Positions 49,158-57,041 of a stretch of 64,000 nt of DNA are shown piece after piece. The notes under the pieces are model-generated. The model saw nothing but the letters and a program-made list of their open reading frames with translations, was not told the DNA's origin and made no database searches. The position numbers were made by a program, and so were the translations under genes. The stretch comes from Terrimicrobiaceae bacterium (lineage in GTDB: Bacteria > Verrucomicrobiota > Verrucomicrobiia > Chthoniobacterales > Terrimicrobiaceae), in assembly GCA_036525415.1 (NCBI GenBank), contig DATDAL010000025.1, forward strand, positions 11,038 through 75,037, written 5' to 3'. Position 1 is the stretch's first letter. Each line of letters begins with the position of its first letter.

Positions 49158-50360
49158 ATGAGGATCGCCTATGTAACTATTGCTGATCCGGCCGACATTC
49201 GCGCTTGGTCCGGGTTAAATCATTGCATTTTGCGCGCATTGTCTGGTCAGCCAGGGGTCGAGGTCATTCCCGTTGGACCGCTGAAGACTCTTCGAGTGAT
49301 GCTTAGCAAGCTGAAGACGCTGCGAGCACGGCTCCTGCCATCGCGAGGAAGATACCTCTGGACACGCGACCCGGGTCTACTGCGCACCTATGCTCGGAAG
49401 GTGAACCGGATATTGCGAGACGTCCCCTGCGACCTGATCTTTAGCCCCGGCACCGAGCCAATTGCTTACCTTGAAACCGAAATACCTATGGTTTGCTGGA
49501 CAGACGCTCCATTCGCGGCAATGCTCGACTATTATCCGTGGTATTCAAATCTTTCGAGCGCATCGAGGCGTGAGGGAATGGAAGGCGACACGCGCGCCCT
49601 GCGGCGTTGCGATATGGCAATCTTTAGCTCTCACTGGGCTGCCGATGCGTCGGTTTCCGGGCACCGCACTGACCCGGCGAAAATTCAAGTACTAACCTTT
49701 GGCCCAAACTTGGAGATTCACTTTACGGAAGATGAACTAGAGGATCTTCTTCCGCTGCGCCGTCGTCCGCCGTGGCGGTTTCTTTTAGTCGGGGTTGAGT
49801 GGCAGCGCAAGGGCGCCGATATTGTTCTCGAGGTTGTCGCTGAATTGAATCGAAGAGGTTATCCCTCGGAGATGATTGTCGCCGGGTGTCGGCCGCCTGC
49901 ATCGATGGGCGCCTTGCCGCCCTATCTGAAGCTCGAGGGCTTTCTCGACAAGCGCTCGGAGCTGGATCGTAGAAAATTGCGAGACCTGTACAAGTCAGCG
50001 CTCTTCTACTTCATGCCCTCACGCGCCGAAGCTTTTGGTGTTGTCTTCTGCGAGGCGAACGCCCTCGGCGTGCCGTGTCTCGCGGGCGAGACCGGCGGTG
50101 TTCCCACACTTGTTGAAAACGGTATCAACGGTCAGCGCTTTGCTTTGGGTACCTCAACGGATGGCTACACGGATTTCATCATTTCATTGATGAAGCAGTC
50201 TTCTCGTTACGACGAGATGGCGCGACGCTCCTTGCGCGTCTCACGCCAGCGACTGAACTGGGAAGCTAGTGGGGCGTCGCTACACTCGCTCCTTCAGTCC
50301 CTGCTTGCAGCGAGGCACAGTGTGATTGAACCACTGCGGACATTCACGAAGAATCCATGA
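49158..50360 (+). CDS. Family-4 (GT-B) glycosyltransferase
   Basis: N-terminus MRIAYV, VGVEWQRKGADI, PSRAEAFGVVFCEANALGVPCLAGETGG. Collinear paralogue of 44431..45597. The ORF is open from 49125. Confidence 0.85.
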   Translation: MRIAYVTIADPADIRAWSGLNHCILRALSGQPGVEVIPVGPLKTLRVMLSKLKTLRARLLPSRGRYLWTRDPGLLRTYARKVNRILRDVPCDLIFSPGTEPIAYLETEIPMVCWTDAPFAAMLDYYPWYSNLSSASRREGMEGDTRALRRCDMAIFSSHWAADASVSGHRTDPAKIQVLTFGPNLEIHFTEDELEDLLPLRRRPPWRFLLVGVEWQRKGADIVLEVVAELNRRGYPSEMIVAGCRPPASMGALPPYLKLEGFLDKRSELDRRKLRDLYKSALFYFMPSRAEAFGVVFCEANALGVPCLAGETGGVPTLVENGINGQRFALGTSTDGYTDFIISLMKQSSRYDEMARRSLRVSRQRLNWEASGASLHSLLQSLLAARHSVIEPLRTFTKNP

Positions 50361-50867
50361 CTCACACGACGCACTTGTTCCCTAGAGACCGCCGAGCCGC
50401 TCCATTGCCGAAACGGCGAACCGCTCACTTTCTCTCACGGCGTTGCGAGAGGTTGCTGTCATTGCACGCTCATTTACCGATAGGTTCGAATTCACTGCTT
50501 AGGTAGGAGGCGAGCAACGAGGATGGGAATCCGTCACTGTCTCCATCCTTAACTTCAAAACCTCGGACTTCCCCGGGTAGCGCAATTTCGAGATCTTTTG
50601 ACGTTTCGCAGCCGCGCTCGGGCCCAGGGATACAAATTCGGTGGAAGCGAAACGTTGCGGCGGGCACGGCGTAGCGTGGTCGTATTGAGCCACAACGAAT
50701 TTCTCCTGGTGATGTCGAGCCCGAGCTTGATCAGCGAGTCGCTCTTGTTTACCTTCGATTCAACTGCCGCAGGTGCGGTGGTCACGCTGCGAAAAGCGGT
50801 GTATTTTTGTCATAGAGCGGGTGAGTCTATCAAGACTCATCCGCGTCCTTTACATGCGATCTAACGC

Positions 50868-52868
50868 ATGATACGCCTCGAGTCGTTCGACGTTTTCGAC
50901 ACGTTGCTCACGCGGGCCGTGGGAGCCCCGACTTCTGTTTTTGTTCTGCTGGGAAGACTACTTTGCGACAGATTGATTGTCGCGGTATCGCCGCTGGACT
51001 TTGCGCGCCAGCGAGTCGAGGCACAGGCGAAAGCCCGGCAAAAGAGAGGCGGGGGCGAAGTGTCTCTTGAAATGATCTATCGCGAACTCGCTCTGATGCT
51101 ACCGCTGTCCACCGCGGCGTGGCGGAAGGCAATGCACCTTGAATGCGAAATTGAACAAGCGCTAATTCGGCTTGTTCCAGGCGCCGACAACAAAGTGTCG
51201 GACGCCCGACGACGCAACGGGAAGGTAATCTTTCTCTGCGATATGTACTTGCCTGAGCATCTTATTGTCCGTTGGCTTGAACAACACGGTCTGTGGGGGC
51301 AACGAGATCGTCTCTATCTTTCGAACGAAGAGGACGCCTCTAAATCCACGGGCGAGCTATTTCGGCAAGCGCTGCGCAAGGAACGCCTGGAGCCACGCCA
51401 ATTAACGCATCTGGGCAACAACCCGCACGCTGACGTCGCTTCGGCTCTGCGCCAAGGCGTAAGAGCCTTCTTTTTCGCAGAAGGAAACTTGAACCGGTAT
51501 GAGAACCTCATGGAAGCTGCTGTCAATTCAACCGGCGGTTTAAGCTCGCTCATGGCAGGCGCGTCGCGCTTGGCCAGGCTTTCTCTGCCCGCCGAGGATG
51601 AGGCGAAGCGGACTCTGCGCGACGTCAGTGCCGGTGTTATGGCGCCTGCATTGGCGGCCTTTGTAATTTGGGTGCTGCGGAGAGCACAGGCTCGCTCGCT
51701 TCGACGACTGTATTTCATGTCCCGAGACGGTCAAATCCTTCTGGAAATTGCGCGTCGCATCGCGCCAAAGCTAGGAATTGAATGCGAATTGCGCTATCTG
51801 TATTCAAGTCGACAAAGCTGGCACCTTCCCTCTATCATAACGCTCGACGACGCGAAGCTGGAATGGCTCTTCATGAAATACGATTTTTTGTCGATCGAGA
51901 GCTTGCTGTTCCGCGTCGGCATCACGCCGCACCAGGTCGCTAACGAATTGGAGATCGCGGGATTTAGGGCCTGCGATTGGCGCCGGCAGTTGAATGCCGC
52001 TGAAATCGAGCGGCTCAAGACTCTGCTGTGGCGCGGGCAAATACGGGAGATGATCGTTTTCAGAGCCAGAGCGAAGCGCGCGGTCCTCGTTGGATATCTC
52101 CGACAGGAAGGTTTGCTCGACGGCGAACCGTGGGCACTGGTCGACCTCGGGTGGAATGGCCGGCTACAGGCATCGCTGGGAGAGGTCCTTAGGAGCGTCG
52201 GCGGAGCCGCTCCTCATGGCTTCTACTTCGCACTGGATAGCCGGCCTCGTAGCGAGAGTGCGGGAACGTTCGAAGCTTATATGTTTGACCAAGACAGCAT
52301 GAAGCACCGCGCAGCATTGTCGGAGGTCAATATCTACACAGTCATGGAGATCGCATGCTCTGCTGACCATGGAACAGTGGATGGATTCGCTCAGACGCCT
52401 TGCGGCTACAAGCCCGTGCTACGATCCGAGCGCAATCAGTTGGCAATCGATTGGGGACTGCCTCTCATGCAGCAGGCAATTTGCCGCTTCTCCGACCATC
52501 TTGTGCTAAGTGCGAGCCTTATTGATATCTCCGCAGACATGCGCACGACACTGGTTGCGCTTCTGAACGCATTCTGGAAGCATCCAACTCCGCTCGAGGT
52601 TTCAGTTTGGGGTGCTTTTCACTTCGAAAAGGACCAGAGCGGGGCAACCGCCCACCAGATCGCAAAGCCTTACACGATTGCAGCCATCCACAAGGCACTA
52701 CTTGGACAGAGCATCATGCCATCATCGTCGTCTTGGCAACACGGATCCATTTCGATCAGCCCTTGGCCAATACGACTCGCGCTACAATTTGGCAGTTGGC
52801 TAAAGCGAATGAAGCGAGTCCTTTGGAGTGCGCGCGCAGGAATAGTATCGCATCGCAAAGATAGTTAA
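50868..52868 (+). CDS. Large protein with an N-terminal HAD-superfamily-like motif I; remainder unassigned
   Basis: 666 aa. Residues 5-16, ESFDVFDTLLTR, resemble haloacid-dehalogenase-type motif I (D-x-[FY]-x-T-L). VIFLCDMYLP is a possible Asp motif. I recognise no motif in the C-terminal 450 or so aa. Confidence 0.65.
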   Translation: MIRLESFDVFDTLLTRAVGAPTSVFVLLGRLLCDRLIVAVSPLDFARQRVEAQAKARQKRGGGEVSLEMIYRELALMLPLSTAAWRKAMHLECEIEQALIRLVPGADNKVSDARRRNGKVIFLCDMYLPEHLIVRWLEQHGLWGQRDRLYLSNEEDASKSTGELFRQALRKERLEPRQLTHLGNNPHADVASALRQGVRAFFFAEGNLNRYENLMEAAVNSTGGLSSLMAGASRLARLSLPAEDEAKRTLRDVSAGVMAPALAAFVIWVLRRAQARSLRRLYFMSRDGQILLEIARRIAPKLGIECELRYLYSSRQSWHLPSIITLDDAKLEWLFMKYDFLSIESLLFRVGITPHQVANELEIAGFRACDWRRQLNAAEIERLKTLLWRGQIREMIVFRARAKRAVLVGYLRQEGLLDGEPWALVDLGWNGRLQASLGEVLRSVGGAAPHGFYFALDSRPRSESAGTFEAYMFDQDSMKHRAALSEVNIYTVMEIACSADHGTVDGFAQTPCGYKPVLRSERNQLAIDWGLPLMQQAICRFSDHLVLSASLIDISADMRTTLVALLNAFWKHPTPLEVSVWGAFHFEKDQSGATAHQIAKPYTIAAIHKALLGQSIMPSSSSWQHGSISISPWPIRLALQFGSWLKRMKRVLWSARAGIVSHRKDS

Positions 52869-52932
52869 GCTTACTATCGCGGAGCGATGTTGGAGAAGAA
52901 AAAGCGCGATCGAAGCTAGCTTCAATTCTCTT

Positions 52933-53802
52933 ATGCATCAACAGTCTGTAGGTATTGGAATCACAACAAAGGACCGCTGGGATGATCTCTCAGTTACATT
53001 GGAGAGGCTGCGCCAGAACGCATTAGACAGATTCGAAACGATCGTAATTGACGATGGATCGAGCAGGCCGATGCCTCCGGGGTTCCCACGTCGATTTGAC
53101 TGGGTGAAATTCGAGCGCTGTGAAAGCTCACGAGGCTATATCGCACAACGGAATCGTCTCGCACAAATGCTCAGCAGTGAGTTATACTTAAGCCTTGACG
53201 ACGACTCCTACCCTGCGTCACTCGTACCCCTGGATCACGCGGCCGCGTGGCTGCTTGGAAGAGAGGACGCTGTTGGTCTAGCCTTTTCCATTCAGACGCC
53301 TTTCGATAAAAGGGACAATCTGCCCGCCCTCGGCGCCGCGCCATATCCGGTGCGATTCTATATTGGCTGCGCGCATATGTTAAAACGCGAGCTGTTCTGC
53401 CGTTTGGGTGGCTATACCGAGTCTTTGTTTTACTATTGCGAGGAAATCGACTTTGCATTGAAAGCATGGAAGCATAAATTCAAGGTTTACAAATACTCAT
53501 CCGTTGTTGTTTGCCACGATATGAGTCCGTCCGGTCGAAATGCTGCCAACGCCAATCGCTTTTTTACTCGAAACGACATCTGGATTTCCTTCTGGCGAAG
53601 CCCGTATCCAATCTTTATTCTACACCTATTTATACGCTTGCCAATGATTCTAAGATACAGAACACACCGGCTACACTGGAAAGCCGTTGTTCGGGGGTAT
53701 CTTGACGCAGTGGTCGGGCTTCTTCGCGTGGCGAGATATCGCGATCCCCTAAGTTTTCGACAGTATGTCGCCTGGTTGAACTGGCCAAAGGAATTTCATT
53801 GA
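52933..53802 (+). CDS. Family-2 glycosyltransferase (paralogue c)
   Basis: 289 aa. Motifs: VGIGITTKDRWDDLSVTLERL, TIVIDDGS, YLSLDDDS, YIGCAHMLKRELFCRLGGYTES. Confidence 0.85.
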   Translation: MHQQSVGIGITTKDRWDDLSVTLERLRQNALDRFETIVIDDGSSRPMPPGFPRRFDWVKFERCESSRGYIAQRNRLAQMLSSELYLSLDDDSYPASLVPLDHAAAWLLGREDAVGLAFSIQTPFDKRDNLPALGAAPYPVRFYIGCAHMLKRELFCRLGGYTESLFYYCEEIDFALKAWKHKFKVYKYSSVVVCHDMSPSGRNAANANRFFTRNDIWISFWRSPYPIFILHLFIRLPMILRYRTHRLHWKAVVRGYLDAVVGLLRVARYRDPLSFRQYVAWLNWPKEFH

Positions 53803-53956
53803 GCAGGCTTATGGAAGGGTCCTTCGGGGATTTCCGTGGGATTTTTGCCGGGCTGAGGAGATTGGATCGAAGCCAGCGCTTACCTGAATATGGAGAAGCA
53901 TCACGCGCAAAGAAAACAACTTTAGCAAACTGGAGGTCGCCAAAAGTGAATGCGAC

Positions 53957-54060
53957 GGCTTGTTCACAAACCGGTAGCTCTGGCTGGCGCCAGCGCCCGA
54001 GCTGTTTCCCTACGGGCTGCGGCTGCCGCTACCTCGCCCTTCGGCGTTTGTGAACAAGCC
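53957..54060. other. 104-nt nested inverted-repeat element (structured RNA or recombination-site candidate)
   Basis: Perfect 15-bp outer stem: GGCTTGTTCACAAAC (53957-53971) with GTTTGTGAACAAGCC (54046-54060). Inner pairs: GGTAGC/GCTACC (53973-78 / 54028-33), palindrome GCTGGCGCCAGC (53983-94), GCCCG/CGGGC (53995-99 / 54013-17). Confidence 0.4.
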
Positions 54061-54357
54061 TCACCCGCTGTCCTTTTCGTTGAGGCAACACGCGCACACA
54101 ACGGACAAACAAGAAGTCGAGGAGGTTTGAGCCAATTAAGCGAGTTGACAGGCGAACAGACGAACAGATCCACTAAAGCTCTCTGCGTGGGGCAGCTGTA
54201 CATTTCAACTGCCTGGCCAGATATTGAAGCGGACCGCCCATCATGGCGACCTCGTTCTTAATTCGTCGTGTCTTTATTAAGGCTTCTCGCCCAGATCGAA
54301 TTCGGGCGCAGACTGACTTGACGCCAGCGGTAATCCTTAACCCAAACGCTGCATTGT

Positions 54358-55086
54358 ATGCCTATTCATTACGATCATAATCGAAACGAGCATTCGATTA
54401 CCGGAGCCGAGGCGGCCCTGCCGCAGATTTTCTGCGACTGGCGTCCGAAGAGCATTTTAGATGTTGGCTGCGGAACAGGCACCTGGATGAAGGCGGCTTT
54501 GAATATCGGAATCACAGACGTGTTCGGAATAGATGGCGTCGAGTTGAGGGAGAATGACCTTCTGGTGGAGAGTTCTCTACGTGCGATAATAGATCTGACG
54601 ACAGCCTGGAGCCTAGAACGTCGCTTCGATGCGGTCCTCTGCCTTGAGGTAGCTGAGCATTTAAACGATGCAAATGCGCCGACTTTGGTTGACGCTTTGG
54701 TGGCTCACAGTGACTACGTCATCTTCTCCGCAGCTTGCCCACGGCAACGCGGTCAACATCATGTGAATTGCCAGTGGCCCGCATACTGGCAAGCACTTTT
54801 CAACAAGCGAGAATACGCCTGCAGCGATGACGTTCGGTGGCGTATCTGGGACGATGATAGGATTGAGCCGTGGTATCGGCAAAATATGTTCGTCGCAACG
54901 CGTGACAAGAGTATGGCGGGACTCGATCCGCAAATCAAACCGGTGGTTCATCCCGGTGTGTGGTCCGGAACGATGCCCGCAGTCGAACATGGATGCTTAG
55001 AGTGGCATTGGTATTTATCGTGTCCGCCCTTGGCCCTTTTGCGTAAGGCGATGCGTCGCCTAAAAAAGGGGCTTTCCAAAGCGTAG
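54358..55086 (+). CDS. Class I SAM-dependent methyltransferase (paralogue 2 of 3, most diverged)
   Basis: 242 aa. Motifs: LDVGCGTGTWM, LCLEVAEHL, HHVNCQWP.YWQ.LF. Collinear with the other two copies. Confidence 0.85.
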   Translation: MPIHYDHNRNEHSITGAEAALPQIFCDWRPKSILDVGCGTGTWMKAALNIGITDVFGIDGVELRENDLLVESSLRAIIDLTTAWSLERRFDAVLCLEVAEHLNDANAPTLVDALVAHSDYVIFSAACPRQRGQHHVNCQWPAYWQALFNKREYACSDDVRWRIWDDDRIEPWYRQNMFVATRDKSMAGLDPQIKPVVHPGVWSGTMPAVEHGCLEWHWYLSCPPLALLRKAMRRLKKGLSKA

Positions 55087-55282
55087 GCCGCCCGCAAAGT
55101 GCAACAAATCGAATCAAAGATGAGAGGATAGCGACCGGAAAGGAAAAGATCGGAAGAAAGGTCGTCTCGCCAAGCCGGTGCGGTTGATGGGTTGCTTCTG
55201 CAGATGTATGACCAGAGCGAGGAGAATGGGGTCGAGGGCTCGGTGGAGAATCCGTAGTGGTAGCAAGTTCTGTGGGATGATC

Positions 55283-55600
55283 GACTTTCAGTGGGGGATT
55301 GCCCTGCGAATCCGAGCGACCTGGTCTACTTCCGTCGCCGCATCGGGGAAGAGGGCGTGGCATTAATCCTTGCCGTCAAAAATCGTCATCCGACGCTGGA
55401 AGCTTGCTGATAAGACGGTGTGGCGCTGTGAAAACTCTTTCGTCGCCCCGCGGCAATCGAGTCGGTCATTAGCCGTCTCAAACCGGGCTTTCGCCTCCTA
55501 CGCTGCTTCTCAAAGGCTTCCGGGGCGATCAACTCAATCTGACGCTGGCCGCAGGACATCACGGCAGAAGCCGCAGTGCGAAGGCTGAAGAGGCCGGGGT
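55283..55600 (+). mobile_element. Internally deleted, frameshifted IS5-family transposase relic
   Basis: N-terminal DUF772-like pieces: DFQWGIAL, then in another frame SDLVYFRRRIGEEGVALILAV (55315-55380). These are joined almost directly to the C-terminal signature AIESVISRLKPGFRLLRCF (from 55453). A shifted frame then gives LKGFRGDQLNLTLAAG (55509-55556). The DDE core is absent. Confidence 0.6.
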
Positions 55601-55854
55601 CGGATTATCCTGGCTTTGGCCTCCGGTTATCGGCTTTGGGAGATGAGGCGTCGCGAACGATGCAGCGTGAATGGAGTTCGCTTTGGCAAACCTTCTTTCT
55701 GGCGGAACGGATGGCGGGATTGTCAGGCAGTGTTATGCTCCTAATATTCGCTTAGTGGACTGGCTCTGTCATCCCACATTATCGAACATCTTGGCGCGAG
55801 AGGTTTCAGCTCACTCATTTCCTACTGAAGAACATCGACGGGTCAGACGACTCC

Positions 55855-56610
55855 CTAAGTGGTACAGTTCACACGGCTTCGACTGCATCCAGGCATCTTC
55901 TTGAGGCGACGCAGTGCCTTGCGTGAGAACGCCAGGGGAATACATGATACATACCAATGCCACTTTAGGTATCCTTGCTCAACCGCTTTAGCGTTATTAA
56001 TCGCCCAAACCCCTGGGTGAACAACCGGCCTGATTCGCGGATCGAGTCCTGCCATATTCTTGTCACGCGTCGCAACGAACATGTTTTGTCGGTACCATGG
56101 CTCGATCCGCTCATCGTTCCAGATCCGCCAGCGCACTTCATCGCTACAGACGAATTCGCGCTGGTTAAAAAGTGATTGCCAATATTCCGGCCATTGGCAA
56201 TTCACATGATGCTGACCGCGCTGGTTTGGGCAGGCCGCAGAGAATATAACGTAGTCAGTGTGGGCGACTAAGGCGTCGATCAAAGTCGGCGCGTCCGGTT
56301 CGTTCAAATGCTCAGCGACCTCCAGGCAGAGCACGACATCGAAACGGCGTTCAAGCCGCCATGTTTGCGTCAAGTCTACTATTGCGCGCCGCGAAGGCTC
56401 TACCGCAAAGTCATCCCCCCTCACTTCGATACCATCCATTCCAAATACGTCTTTGACTCCGATATCCAAAGCCGCTCTCATCCACGTGCCCGTTCCACAC
56501 CCAACATCGAGAATGCTTTCAGGGCGCCAGCCACAGAGGATCTGCGGGAGCGCAGCAGCCGCCCCGGCGACGGAGTGCCGGCTTTGATGATGGGAGTAAT
56601 CAATAGTCAT
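55855..56610 (-). CDS. Class I SAM-dependent methyltransferase (paralogue 3 of 3, inverted)
   Basis: The start is placed at MTIDYSHH (56610); the ORF is open to 56694. About 25 substitutions plus a one-codon indel over about 233 aligned residues versus 37548..38276 (manual count). Only the last 15 or so residues differ completely. Confidence 0.85.
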   Translation of the reverse strand: MTIDYSHHQSRHSVAGAAAALPQILCGWRPESILDVGCGTGTWMRAALDIGVKDVFGMDGIEVRGDDFAVEPSRRAIVDLTQTWRLERRFDVVLCLEVAEHLNEPDAPTLIDALVAHTDYVIFSAACPNQRGQHHVNCQWPEYWQSLFNQREFVCSDEVRWRIWNDERIEPWYRQNMFVATRDKNMAGLDPRIRPVVHPGVWAINNAKAVEQGYLKWHWYVSCIPLAFSRKALRRLKKMPGCSRSRVNCTT

Positions 56611-56618
56611 AGCTGGAA
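55904..56618 (-). repeat. Arm 2 of the roughly 0.71-kb inverted repeat (pairs with 37540..38251)
   Basis: The reverse complement is collinear with arm 1, including 8 nt upstream of the start codon. Confidence 0.8.
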
Positions 56619-57041
56619 TTCGCAGTGCGTTTCGGTTCACCTTGAGCTCTTGAGTCGGCCGCATCGTAAAACGCCTTCTCGCTCGCGGAAACACTGAAAT
56701 GTGATAGGCATCGCAAAATCGGGGACGAACGAGTTTGTGATGGTTGCGAGCGGACTTCCTACGATGAAAGCCTTAGCGCTTTGAAACGATACACGGTTTC
56801 CCACGTCTGATTCATTATCATTTCTTAAATGGCATTTCGGGGGTAACGCTGCCGGCAATTTCACGTCAACGGCAAGGTCGCTCAACGACTTAGAAAGCTT
56901 AAAGAAGCATGAGATGTGCCAGCAAACCTGTCAACTTCCGAAGGGTGCTTGCAACGGCGCGGTGCTTATCGCACGCGACGAGATGGGGGCTTCAATGACT
57001 TATTCGCACGGCTCCGCAAAATTACGAAGGCGCGGCCAAAC

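Noticed and set aside
50483-50493. tRNA T-loop-like strings: GGTTCGAATTC here and GGTTCGATCC at 132-141
   Set aside because: The flanking bases cannot form a T-stem or acceptor stem, and the second string lies inside the metR coding sequence. I found no tRNA, rRNA or tmRNA gene in any intergenic gap.
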